51,368 bases of DNA, from NCBI GenBank assembly GCA_020060105.1, contig JAGVAV010000025.1, forward strand, positions 1 to 51,368, given 5' to 3'. Shown here piece after piece: positions 26,332-35,388 of this stretch; within the stretch, counting starts at the first letter, position 1, and the number at the start of each line of letters is the position of its first letter. The notes under the pieces are model-generated. The model searched no databases, was not told the DNA's origin, and saw nothing but the letters and a program-made list of their open reading frames with translations. The position numbers and the translations under genes are program-made. This DNA is from Candidatus Woesebacteria bacterium (lineage in GTDB: Bacteria > Patescibacteriota > Microgenomatia > Woykebacterales > 2-01-FULL-43-14).

Positions 26332-26421
26332 TGGCGGAAGGGGAGGGATTCGAACCCCCGAGCCGCTTGCGCGACTGACGGTTTTCAAGACCGTTGCCAT
26401 CATCCGCTCGGCCACCCTTCC
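26332..26421 (-). tRNA. tRNA-Ser(TGA)
   Basis: Cloverleaf with long variable arm, ACGGT-CTTGAAA-ACCGT, GCCA end. Confidence 0.96.
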
Positions 26422-26644
26422 AATAATTAAATTCCAAATTCAAACCCAATTTAATCGGGTTTAAAGCAATAATAACCAAACAAAGCTTAGATTTAAAACG
26501 GATCGATTAAAGATTAAGGAATTTTTCTTCTTTTCTTTAATCATTAATCGTTCCGCCAACCGAAATCTGGCTCTACCGGACGAAAGGTGTCCCCCTTCAC
26601 ATAAAGTTTTGGGGACATCCCACATAGCCTTCGGCGACGTGGGA

Positions 26645-26721
26645 TGGCGCCCCTGGAGGGATTCGAACCCCCGACCTTGACGTTAGAACCGTCCTGCTCT
26701 GATCCACTGAGCTACAGGGGC
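26645..26721 (-). tRNA. tRNA-Arg(TCT)
   Basis: Cloverleaf, A20, GACG-GTTCTAA-CGTC, GCCA end. Confidence 0.9.
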
Positions 26722-26818
26722 CCAACTTCGCTAAAGCTACGATGGGCAGGCCCAACTTCGCTTAAGATACGATGGACAGGCCCAACTTCGCTCGTCAACC
26801 CACGAGCTTCGATGGACA
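26719..26818. repeat. three tandem REP-like hairpin units (30, 30, 40 bp)
   Basis: GGCCCAACTTCGCT...CGATGG(G/A)CA at 26719, 26749 and 26779. Confidence 0.85.
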
Positions 26819-26888
26819 TGAAGTCGCTACCGATCAATTTTATCAAAGATGGGCTTTAATTTCAAACTTAACTGGCTAAAAATGGGGT

Positions 26889-29207
26889 TTAGTTCTTAAC
26901 CGGAACTTGAGATAGGGCAATTTTAAGCACTTCATCCATTGATTCCACAAAAACAAATTTAATATCCTTTTTTGTTTTTTCAGGAATCTCTTCAAGGTCT
27001 TTCTCGTTTTTCTTTGGTAAGAGTAAAGTCGTCAGGCCAGCCCGATGGGCGGCAAGGACCTTTTCTTTCACCCCGCCAATCTCTAAAACCTTCCCGCGTA
27101 AGGTTATCTCTCCGGTCATTCCCACTTCCCGGCGGATGGGAACTTTGGCAATCGCCGAAATTAGCGCGGTCGCCATGGTAATCCCGGCTGAGGGGCCGTC
27201 TTTGGGAATCGCCCCCGAAGGAACGTGAACATGAATGTCTCTTTCGCTATAGAAATTTTCCGGAACTTGCCAATCCGCCACCTTAGAACGAGCGTAGGAA
27301 AGAGCGGCCGTCGCTGATTCTTTCATCACGTCACCTAAGTGCCCAGTCAAGATCAGATTTCCTTTCCCCGGCATCAAAGTCGCCTCTACCGACAAAACTT
27401 CTCCGCCGCTTTCCGTCCAGGCCAAACCAGCCGCCACGCCCGCCTCGTCTTTCTTTTCAATCGCCCACGCCTCAAATTTCGCCGGGCCAAGATATTTCTT
27501 CAAGTCAGCCTTGCCAATTTCTGACGCTCGTTCCTTACCTTCGGCAATTTCTTTGGCCACCTTCCGGCAAATCGCGGCTACTTCTCTCTCTAAGTTTCGA
27601 ACCCCCGCTTCTCGAGTGTAATGGGTAATAATCGCTTTTAGGACCTCTTGACTGATCTTAATCTGCTTTTCCTTCAAGCCGTGCGCCTCAATTTGTTTTG
27701 GCAACAAATAATCTTTGGCGATATATAGTTTCTCTTCCTCAGTGTAGCCAGGGAAAGAAATTACTTCCATTCGATCCCGCAAGGGGGCCGGAATAGTGTC
27801 AAGCATATTCGCGGTGGTAATGAACATCACGTCCGACAAATCGAAAGGAACCTCTAAGTAATGGTCGGAAAAAGCGTTATTCTGTTCCGGATCCAGCGCT
27901 TCGAGCAGAGCGGATGAAGGATCGCCTCGAAAATCAATCCCGACCTTATCGATTTCATCAAGCATAAAAACCGGATTTTTCGTTCCCGCGTTTTTGATTC
28001 CTTGAATAATTCTTCCTGGTAAGGCCCCAACGTAGGTTCGCCGGTGGCCCCGAATCTCCGCTTCGTCACGAATTCCGCCTAAAGACATCCGAACAAAACT
28101 TCGCCCTAAGGCTTTGGCGATAGATTTCCCAAGAGAGGTTTTACCCACTCCCGGCGGTCCGGCAAAACAAATGATCTGACCTCGGCTTTTACCGGCTAAT
28201 TTTTGGACCGCCAAATACTCCAAGATTCTCTCTTTCACTTTGTTCAACCCGTAATGATCATTATTTAAAATCTTCTCTGCCCCCTTGATATTAATCTCCG
28301 AATTTGAACTCTTTGACCAAGGTAGGGCAACAAGCCAGTCAAGATATGACCGAATATAGGAAACTTCCGGGCTAAAGGGAGGCATTCTTTTGAGTCGACT
28401 TAATTCTTTATAAGCCCTTTCTTCCACATCTTTAGGCATCTTGGCCGACTTAATCAGTTTTTCCAAATCGCTAAATTCTTCTCTTTCTTCCTTAATGCCT
28501 AGCTCTTTTTCGATGGTCTTGAGTTGCTCTCTTAAGAAAGCCTCTTTGGCCATTTTTCCAATTTCTTCCGAAGTTTTTTCCTGAATTTGGCGCGCCGCCT
28601 GAAGGATAGAAATTTCCCGAGCTAAAAACTCACTAATTCTGTTTAGCCTGGTTCGAAAATCTAAAGCTTCGAGAAGTTGTTGTTTTTCGGCCGTCTTAAG
28701 ATCGAGGTTAAAGGTAATCACGTCAATTGTTCTCGTCGGATCAGTCAAATCAAAAATCGCCGGAGCGGTTTCCACCGTCACCGCTTTTCCTAAAGCAATA
28801 CATTGCTTAAACTGCTCTACCACCGTTCGAAGCAGGGTATCGGTCTCCGGATCTGGAATGTAGGTTTCCGATATTTCTTCCACCTCCGCTTTGAAAAAGG
28901 GTTCTTCCTTGACGAACTTAAGAATCTGAGCTCTTTTTTCTCCCGAGACTAAAATATTGATCACGTCATCCGGCAAGCGGTGAACCTGAGTCACACTCGC
29001 GATGGTCCCCACGAGATATAAATCCTCCGGAGAAGGGGTGTCAATGCTTTCAACCGTCTGGGTCACTAAAAGCACCTTTCGATCTTTCACTAAGGCGTCC
29101 TCTAAAGCCTTCACCGATTTGCTTCGCTTGATGGAAATCGGCACAACCGCGTTAGGAAAGATCACTAATTCTCTGATCGGAATCAAGGGAATCTGAAATT
29201 TAGCCAT
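26889..29207 (-). CDS. lon: ATP-dependent protease La
   Basis: LON N domain, GPPGVGKTS, HRRTYVGALPG, PKDGPSAG, IGGVKEK; likely start ATG 29207. Confidence 0.98.
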   Translation of the reverse strand: MAKFQIPLIPIRELVIFPNAVVPISIKRSKSVKALEDALVKDRKVLLVTQTVESIDTPSPEDLYLVGTIASVTQVHRLPDDVINILVSGEKRAQILKFVKEEPFFKAEVEEISETYIPDPETDTLLRTVVEQFKQCIALGKAVTVETAPAIFDLTDPTRTIDVITFNLDLKTAEKQQLLEALDFRTRLNRISEFLAREISILQAARQIQEKTSEEIGKMAKEAFLREQLKTIEKELGIKEEREEFSDLEKLIKSAKMPKDVEERAYKELSRLKRMPPFSPEVSYIRSYLDWLVALPWSKSSNSEINIKGAEKILNNDHYGLNKVKERILEYLAVQKLAGKSRGQIICFAGPPGVGKTSLGKSIAKALGRSFVRMSLGGIRDEAEIRGHRRTYVGALPGRIIQGIKNAGTKNPVFMLDEIDKVGIDFRGDPSSALLEALDPEQNNAFSDHYLEVPFDLSDVMFITTANMLDTIPAPLRDRMEVISFPGYTEEEKLYIAKDYLLPKQIEAHGLKEKQIKISQEVLKAIITHYTREAGVRNLEREVAAICRKVAKEIAEGKERASEIGKADLKKYLGPAKFEAWAIEKKDEAGVAAGLAWTESGGEVLSVEATLMPGKGNLILTGHLGDVMKESATAALSYARSKVADWQVPENFYSERDIHVHVPSGAIPKDGPSAGITMATALISAIAKVPIRREVGMTGEITLRGKVLEIGGVKEKVLAAHRAGLTTLLLPKKNEKDLEEIPEKTKKDIKFVFVESMDEVLKIALSQVPVKN

Positions 29208-29303
29208 AAATCCTTTCTTAGACTTTAGTTTAGTCAGATACATTATCCTACATTTTTCTGTCTCAAACCAGTCCTTAAAAACAATTTTAATTACACACTT
29301 ATT

Positions 29304-29330
29304 TTAGCACACAATTCAATAGAGTGCCAA
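29304..29330. promoter_or_regulatory. CIRCE (HrcA operator) overlapping the lon promoter
   Basis: TTAGCACAC-N9-GAGTGCCAA versus consensus TTAGCACTC-N9-GAGTGCTAA (2 mismatches). Confidence 0.85.
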
Positions 29331-29387
29331 CAACTAATTTACAAATTGCTAATTATCCTCGGGTGTGGTAAAATTTGCCTAAGTTTT

Positions 29388-29463
29388 GCGGGAGTAACTC
29401 AGCTGGTAGAGTACTTGCCTTCCAAGCAAGTTGTCGCGGGTTCGAGCCCCGTCTCCCGCTCCA
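29388..29463 (+). tRNA. tRNA-Gly(TCC)
   Basis: Cloverleaf, CTTGC-CTTCCAA-GCAAG, TCCA end. Confidence 0.97.
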
Positions 29464-29466
29464 GGA

Positions 29467-29490
29467 GTCTAACTCCTTTTGGAGTTAGAC
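29467..29490. repeat. perfect 10-bp hairpin after tRNA-Gly
   Basis: GTCTAACTCC-TTTT-GGAGTTAGAC. Confidence 0.7.
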
Positions 29491-29517
29491 GACGAAGGGA
29501 AGTCTGGCTTCCAACTT

Positions 29518-30615
29518 TTACCTAACTATATTTTTAAAAACCTGAAATGCCGGTTTTTCCTTGTGATTAGTTGATTTCCCTTCCAATAACCCAGTGTAAC
29601 TAAACTTATCGTCGGGTACGTCTGTATCATAAAACTGAAAATAAAAAACTTTTTGAACATATGGATATTTTGCTAACTCTTCGTAAGCTTTCCTTAATCT
29701 GTCTGACTGCTCATCTTTTGTCAGACAAAAAGGGTCATTTTCATCCAAACAGGTACTAAAACCTACTTCTGTGACCCAAATAGGTTTATCATCACCATTT
29801 TCCAGCATAATTTGGCGTAAGTTTTCAAGCCTGTCAAAATTGCCGTACAGATGGACGGAAAGTACGTCAAAATATCCTTTGGCTCCACTTTGGTACATCT
29901 GTTTCAGAAAATCTTCTGGTGAAATATTGGTCTCGGTATACTTTCTGCCGCACAGGTGAGTCGCGTCGATCTCTACACTGCCTGTAGGCTGATCTCCCAA
30001 CGCTCCTCCGATAACCAAAGCATCCGGATTTACCTTTTTAACTGCCTTATGAGCGGCTTTTAACAATTGTGAGTACTTCAGCGGATCGGGCACAGGTGGA
30101 TTAAAAGCATAAAGGTTAGGCTCATTCCAGATCTCCCAGCTGGTGATGTTTTTATATCGGCTGGCCATCTCTTCAGTATATTTCCCAAAGTTCTCCGGAT
30201 CCTTTGGTAAATACCACCAGTGGTTCGGCTCCCCACACTTCCAATCGTCCTTTGATTTTCCGTTCGCCCAAGGAGGTGAAGAATTCAAGATACCTAAAAC
30301 GTTAAAACCTGCCTTTTCGACCACCTCTTCTACATAAAAGTCCGGAAAAGAGTAACTCAGGGTTAAGCCACCGCCATCACTTTTGCCCGTATCAATATCA
30401 GCCCAACTAAAATCAGTCCTTATCCAGTTAACTCCAGCTTCCCTCGCTTTTTTTAAAACTTTTTGGAAGTCTTCGTCTCCTCTAAGTAAACGGGCATTTA
30501 TACCTTTATAGTTGCTTTGGACAGCCGGAATAGGCTCTTGCGTTTTCCCGAAAAAAAATGTCAGTAAAAAGAAGCTAACTACTATAACCCCGATAATAGT
30601 CAGACTAACTTTCAT
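29518..30615 (-). CDS. secreted clan GH-A glycoside hydrolase (GH5/GH39-like)
   Basis: N-terminal TM; WEIWNEPN acid/base and PIWVTEVG nucleophile motifs; likely start ATG 30615. Confidence 0.88.
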   Translation of the reverse strand: MKVSLTIIGVIVVSFFLLTFFFGKTQEPIPAVQSNYKGINARLLRGDEDFQKVLKKAREAGVNWIRTDFSWADIDTGKSDGGGLTLSYSFPDFYVEEVVEKAGFNVLGILNSSPPWANGKSKDDWKCGEPNHWWYLPKDPENFGKYTEEMASRYKNITSWEIWNEPNLYAFNPPVPDPLKYSQLLKAAHKAVKKVNPDALVIGGALGDQPTGSVEIDATHLCGRKYTETNISPEDFLKQMYQSGAKGYFDVLSVHLYGNFDRLENLRQIMLENGDDKPIWVTEVGFSTCLDENDPFCLTKDEQSDRLRKAYEELAKYPYVQKVFYFQFYDTDVPDDKFSYTGLLEGKSTNHKEKPAFQVFKNIVR

Positions 30616-30800
30616 TTTTTTAATTTTGATCAAACCACTAAGTCTTTTCACTGGTCTGAGTATACAGTTTTCAAGGGAATCCAGCAAGGCCAAGCAAAGA
30701 CCTGATTAGTCAGCTTTTTATTTCCCTTACCTTTTCTTGCTGGGTCTCCAATAGTTTGCTAAAATTATTGAAACTTGATCAAAAAGAAAGACACAATTTT

Positions 30801-31319
30801 ATGGAGTTAATAAGAGAAATTAGCGAAAAGGACATTAACCCGTCTTATATTCAAAGAAATAACATTCGGTATAAGCTACGAAAGGCCGCCAGGGCCGTTT
30901 TGCTAAATCAAGGAAAAATTGCCTTACTTTGGGTAACTAACGAAAACTATCACAAACTCCCGGGCGGTGGGGTAGAGGAGAACGAAAATATCAAAGATAC
31001 CCTTCATAGAGAGCTGGGGGAAGAAGCCGGATGCGAAATCGATATTGTGCGTCAGCTGGGGTTAACCATCGAATATCGAGACCAAATAAACCAGTTACAA
31101 ATTTCTTATGTCTATCTTACAAAGGTGTTTGGTGAACCTAATCAACCAGTCTTTACTAAAGATGAGAAAGAAGCTGGTTTTACATTGAAGTGGGTAGCTC
31201 TAAATGAAGTTGAAAGTTTGATGAGCAAGGATAACCCAACCGGTTATGTAGACAAGTTTATTAGCTTCCGGGACAAGGAAATACTAAGATTTTATCAAAA
31301 ATCTTTTGGCAAAGCCTAA
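30801..31319 (+). CDS. NUDIX hydrolase
   Basis: LPGGGVEENE...LHRELGEEAG Nudix box. Confidence 0.9.
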   Translation: MELIREISEKDINPSYIQRNNIRYKLRKAARAVLLNQGKIALLWVTNENYHKLPGGGVEENENIKDTLHRELGEEAGCEIDIVRQLGLTIEYRDQINQLQISYVYLTKVFGEPNQPVFTKDEKEAGFTLKWVALNEVESLMSKDNPTGYVDKFISFRDKEILRFYQKSFGKA

Positions 31320-31385
31320 GATTTAAAGAAAAACTTAGTTTTAACACCATAAATATTAGAAGTATTTTCTAAGTAAGCTTTTGTA

Positions 31386-32036
31386 ATGGATAAAGGACAA
31401 CAAAGAACTAAAGTTGCATACGAAGATCCCGAAATCGTGGAAGGCTACATTCAGAGAAATTCCCTTCAGCCTAAACAAGCTAGTCTTCTTTTCGAATTTG
31501 CCAAAACTATTAAGGGGCGAAGAGTGCTAGACCTGGGGTGTGGACCGGGCCACGATTCCTACTTATTTGCAGATTTAGGATTTGAAGTAACAGGATTTGA
31601 CTATTCCAGTGAAATGATTCGACGAGCAAAAAGTTTTCGGCAAGCCGAAGTCCAACCCTTCTTTATCACCGGGGACATGCGATACTTAAGGAACTATTTT
31701 ACTGAAAACAAATTCGATGCAATTTGGGCCTCCGCCTCCTTGTTACACATTAGAAAGGAAGACATTTCCCAAGTACTGGCCACTATGTCCCAAATCGCCA
31801 AAAGCAACTGCCGAATTTACATTAGTTTAAAGGAAGGGTCTGGAACTCGGCTAGTGAAAGAGGATAAACTTGGAAAACCCATGCAAAGAGAATTTACATT
31901 TTGGACAAAAGAAAGCTTTTTAAAGGAGGTTTCTCCTTACCAGTGGGTTTTGGATAATTTCATGTCCCAAGAAGGCTCTCTATTTATAGGTAAGCCTACT
32001 AAGTGGCTGATCTTTTTCTTTACCCTAAACAATTAA
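31386..32036 (+). CDS. class I SAM-dependent methyltransferase
   Basis: VLDLGCGPG, FDAIWASASLLH. Confidence 0.92.
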   Translation: MDKGQQRTKVAYEDPEIVEGYIQRNSLQPKQASLLFEFAKTIKGRRVLDLGCGPGHDSYLFADLGFEVTGFDYSSEMIRRAKSFRQAEVQPFFITGDMRYLRNYFTENKFDAIWASASLLHIRKEDISQVLATMSQIAKSNCRIYISLKEGSGTRLVKEDKLGKPMQREFTFWTKESFLKEVSPYQWVLDNFMSQEGSLFIGKPTKWLIFFFTLNN

Positions 32037-32037
32037 A

Positions 32038-32592
32038 ATGACAAAAGAATTATTAAGCGAACAAATCCAAAAGATAGTCTCCCGAAAGATATGCGAACAA
32101 GAGGTCGCCGGAAGATTCATGCAAAGACTAGAGGAAGGGAAGCCGACAAGAGACGAAAACCCAGAAACTCATTTTTGCGTCTATTTCGCCGCCTTTAGCC
32201 CCACCCATCAAGAATTCTTTATCGGCCATCACAAAAAGTCAGGCCTGTGGCTCTTTAATGGAGGGCACATGGATAAAGGCGAAACTCCTCAAGAAACCCT
32301 TGAAAGGGAAATCGGTGAAGAGTGGGGGCTGGAAATGAAAGCTGAAAAAATTGGCAACCCGTCTCTGCTTACCGTCACCCCAATAGCCCACAAACCCATC
32401 CAGCAGTCATGCAAAGAACATTACGACATCTGGTATTTCGTTCCCGTGGTTAAGGATAATTTTTACCCGGATCAAGAGAAATTAGAAAAAGAATTTTTCG
32501 AAACAAGGTGGTTAAACCCAGATCAAGCAAAGCAATTGATAATTGATCCCAACACTCTTTACGCCTTAAAGATGCTGGAGAAACATTTTTAG
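32038..32592 (+). CDS. NUDIX hydrolase
   Basis: HHKKSGLWLFNGGHMDKGET...REIGEEWG. Confidence 0.9.
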   Translation: MTKELLSEQIQKIVSRKICEQEVAGRFMQRLEEGKPTRDENPETHFCVYFAAFSPTHQEFFIGHHKKSGLWLFNGGHMDKGETPQETLEREIGEEWGLEMKAEKIGNPSLLTVTPIAHKPIQQSCKEHYDIWYFVPVVKDNFYPDQEKLEKEFFETRWLNPDQAKQLIIDPNTLYALKMLEKHF

Positions 32593-32608
32593 TTTCGTTC
32601 TTTTCATT

Positions 32609-32857
32609 TGGGTCCTCAGTTCTTACTACCAGGTAGATAAAAAGAGTATCTCAAAGATGATTAGTGCGTTAATCAACGTTGATTCAATCAAATGCAATAA
32701 AACTCTCCTAGATAAGTCCCTTTCAACTTGGCAAAGACACAACGTCTCGTTTATTGACGCTTATCTTGCGGCTATAGCTGAATTAGAAAACTTAACTCTT
32801 TATTCTTATGATCAAAAGTTCGATCAGATAAAAACTGCGGTTCGGAAGGAACCCTAA
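32609..32857 (+). pseudogene. 5'-truncated PIN (VapC-like) domain
   Basis: WVLSSYY...SFIDAYLAA...YSYDQKF is the C-terminal half of a PIN domain; N-terminal D(T/A)N motif missing. Confidence 0.65.
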
Positions 32858-32877
32858 AAATCATTCAACAAGAAAAA

Positions 32878-33522
32878 ATGAACAAAAATTCAAAGAAAAT
32901 AATAAATAATAAAAACATTGAGTTCATCACCGAGAATCTCATTGATCTTCAACGGGCTTACGCGGGAGTTTCCAGATTAATCATCACGGAAGAAAGGTAT
33001 CATAAACTGATAAAATCAGGCTTAATCAAAGAGTACGACGATGGGCTCGAATCAATCAGAGAACCCCTCATTGAGCATGTCGGACACTTGCCCATTATCG
33101 CTTCCTACCTTCATCCCCTTATCGAGCATAGCAGTGAAGTGGACCTCGGAAGAGCCTTGATCATGCTCTCGGTCCACGACATTGGGGAAACTAAAGTCGG
33201 CGACGTTTTGACTTTTAGCAAGATTGCTGCCCAGGTGGATTTAGAAACCGAAGTGGCAAGATCCCTGTTAACGGATCCTTTATACGAGTATTTTGAAGAG
33301 ATGGAAAGAGAAGAAACTCTTGATGCCAAGTTTGCCAAGGCCGTGGATTCACTTGCCCCTCTCCTGCATGAAGTCACTCTATTCGAAACCACGTCTGGAA
33401 AACATAAACACCATCACCTTGATGCCACTATGATCATTAATAATAAAAAGTCTCATTTGGAATGGGACAATGTTTTGATTGAAATCTTTGAGCATTTGAT
33501 TGAAAAGTATAAACGGTGGTAA
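32878..33522 (+). CDS. HD domain protein (YfbR/HD_3-like)
   Basis: EH, VHDIGETKVGD, AKFAKAVD. Confidence 0.85.
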   Translation: MNKNSKKIINNKNIEFITENLIDLQRAYAGVSRLIITEERYHKLIKSGLIKEYDDGLESIREPLIEHVGHLPIIASYLHPLIEHSSEVDLGRALIMLSVHDIGETKVGDVLTFSKIAAQVDLETEVARSLLTDPLYEYFEEMEREETLDAKFAKAVDSLAPLLHEVTLFETTSGKHKHHHLDATMIINNKKSHLEWDNVLIEIFEHLIEKYKRW

Positions 33523-33565
33523 ATTCAGGTAAAATTTGGTAAAATATAGCCGCTTAATTCTGCAG

Positions 33566-33642
33566 GCGCCCGTAGCTCAGCGGATTAGAGTGTATGGCTT
33601 CGGACCATAAGGTCGGGGGTTCGAATCCCTCCGGGCGCGCCA
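33566..33642 (+). tRNA. tRNA-Arg(TCG)
   Basis: Cloverleaf, TATGG-CTTCGGA-CCATA, GCCA end. Confidence 0.95.
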
Positions 33643-33708
33643 TCGGTGTTTCAAAAAAGAAAACCGCCCAACTAGTAGCTGAGCGGTTTGTTGACGTCCG
33701 GGCGGCTG

Positions 33709-34020
33709 TTAAACGTTTCGTTCACCCTCCGGGAAGAAACGACGTACTTGATCGAGACCGATATCGCCAGCTTTGGCCTCCCTTAAAAGCGTATCGAAAA
33801 AGTCGCCGACATCCTCACCAAACCTCATTGGATCAAAGTTGTCTCTTTCTTCCCTTCGGGCTTGGTGGTTTGCTGGTACGATGCCCCAATCCTTGGGCAT
33901 TTCGTCGCCAATGTCCAGCCCGGGACAATCCGGCTTCTCGATGAAAAAGTACTGGCCGCTTATCTCGCGCACCAGCCCGCCCCCTTGCGTCGCGTAAACC
34001 GGATATTCGTAATTTCTCAT
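33709..34020 (-). CDS. hypothetical protein
   Basis: ATG 34020 after GGAGGGGAG; TTGACT-17-TATAAT promoter; terminator at about 33661-33690. Confidence 0.7.
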   Translation of the reverse strand: MRNYEYPVYATQGGGLVREISGQYFFIEKPDCPGLDIGDEMPKDWGIVPANHQARREERDNFDPMRFGEDVGDFFDTLLREAKAGDIGLDQVRRFFPEGERNV

Positions 34021-34238
34021 GATCTCCCCTCCACTTGATCTAGTTATCACGCTGTTCAGATTATAGCACGCTATAGGCTGAAAGTCAAACCCAAACTGTC
34101 GACCGCCTCAAACATTAGTCAGTTAAGTACCAGGCTCCCAGTCTTGATTTTTTCTTCAATTTATTGTAACTTACATCTGTTCGTCAAGCGTCAGCTTGAC
34201 TAAATCTGTCCTTAAATCGGGAAAGGAGATAACTGATC

Positions 34239-34652
34239 ATGGATCCGCACGAACCAAAGAAGCTCAAGGATCTCCTGAAACAGGACCTTAAGGGCTGGCA
34301 AATCAGATACGCTTATCTTCTTGAGATCAATCACGGGTTAATGGGGTGCTTTCCCGCTCTGATCGCGGAAACTGGGGAAGAAGTGATCGTCTTGGAAAGA
34401 CCTTTTCTAGAATCGGTTTGGAAAAGATTGGAAGCCCGGCCGGCCAAGGTCACCAGTCTTTTGGTAGTCGTTCATCCGGAAAGCGGCGTGGCCTTTAATC
34501 TGGACAGTTATGAAGGAGAACAAACTGGCCCATTGCGGATCATCCCTAAAGCGGAAATCGAAAGGCTTTGCCGGTTAGACAATCCCTTCCGTTGGAAACC
34601 CGGTACAATCGGAGGATCGAGATACGCCCATCCGCCCGACTTTAATCCCTAG
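34239..34652 (+). CDS. hypothetical protein
   Basis: 137 aa, AAGGAG RBS, terminator downstream. Confidence 0.7.
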   Translation: MDPHEPKKLKDLLKQDLKGWQIRYAYLLEINHGLMGCFPALIAETGEEVIVLERPFLESVWKRLEARPAKVTSLLVVVHPESGVAFNLDSYEGEQTGPLRIIPKAEIERLCRLDNPFRWKPGTIGGSRYAHPPDFNP

Positions 34653-34681
34653 AAACCACCAGGCTTAATCTGTCCATAACC

Positions 34682-34720
34682 GGGCCTAAGCAAAATCCAA
34701 CTGCTTAGGCCCCTTTTCTT
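34682..34720 (+). terminator. intrinsic terminator
   Basis: GGGCCTAAGCA...TGCTTAGGCCC then CTTTTCTT. Confidence 0.7.
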
Positions 34721-34788
34721 GAAAAATGAGCCTAAATAAGATATGATAAAGGCATCAACTCGCTTTACTTGGGTTTGAGGGAAAACAT

Positions 34789-34845
34789 GAAGGCCGTAGC
34801 TTAACTCTTACTTAATTAAAGTTAGTGGTAGAGCACAGAGTTATG
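34789..34845 (+). pseudogene. relic tRNA-His-like 5' half with 21-nt D-arm insertion
   Basis: GAAGGCCGTAGCT[TAACTCTTACTTAATTAAAGT]TAGTGGTAGAGCACAGAGTTATG. Without the insert it is a canonical tRNA 5' half ending TT-ATG, one change from TT-GTG. Confidence 0.7.
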
Positions 34846-34852
34846 CAGAAAT

Positions 34853-34881
34853 TTGTACTTTTACATCAGTTATGTTAGAAT
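34853..34881 (+). promoter_or_regulatory. promoter of HNH gene, TTGTAC-17-TAGAAT (extended TG)
   Basis: -35 34853-34858, -10 34876-34881, ATG at 34894 (near-leaderless). Confidence 0.6.
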
Positions 34882-34893
34882 AAAGTTACAGTC

Positions 34894-35388
34894 ATGCCAT
34901 ATATTGCCTGTACTATTTGTTCGAAAGAATTTTATATTAAACCAAGCCACCAAAGAAAAGGTTGGGGAAAGTACTGCTCAGTAAGTTGTCGGTCCAAATC
35001 CCAGTTTAAAGGTCGTTTGGTAAGTTGTTTCATTTGTGGAAAAAAGGTCTATCGTTCACCCAAGGCCTTAGCTCACTCAAAAAGCAACAAATATTTCTGT
35101 ACTAAATCCTGTCAAACCTTGTGGAGAAATCAGGAGTATGTTAACGAAAAAAATTACAACTGGAAAAACGGCGAGCATGCCTACCGGAACATATTAAAAA
35201 GAGCTGGTAAGAACCCCATATGCTTCATCTGCAAAATCACTGACGAAAGGGTCTTGGTTGCTCATCACAAAAATCACGTAAGAACTGATAATCAAGCGTC
35301 AAACTTAGTTTGGTTATGTCGGAACTGTCATTATTTAGTTCACCAGGATAAACAGCTAGATAAAATAGTCATGGAGGCGTTGGTGTAA
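34894..35388 (+). CDS. HNH endonuclease with two N-terminal Zn fingers (homing-endonuclease-like)
   Basis: 2x CxxC...CxxxC, NYNWKNG, then CFIC...AHH...DN...NLVWLCRNCH...H; stop codon lies within tRNA-His. Confidence 0.9.
   Translation: MPYIACTICSKEFYIKPSHQRKGWGKYCSVSCRSKSQFKGRLVSCFICGKKVYRSPKALAHSKSNKYFCTKSCQTLWRNQEYVNEKNYNWKNGEHAYRNILKRAGKNPICFICKITDERVLVAHHKNHVRTDNQASNLVWLCRNCHYLVHQDKQLDKIVMEALV

Noticed and set aside
26645-26721. Reading this tRNA as an amber suppressor (CTA) that could read through the TAG at 3356
   Set aside because: Centring CTA destroys anticodon-stem pairing. The TCT register gives a stem, and A20/G73 fit Arg.
26719-26818. Tandem 30-bp repeats as a CRISPR array
   Set aside because: Units abut with no unique spacers, and no cas genes are in the window.
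26168-26859. ORFs 26168-26464, 26173-26415, 26276-26479, 26644-26859 (also 33594-33944)
   Set aside because: Shadow frames over tRNA genes and repeats.
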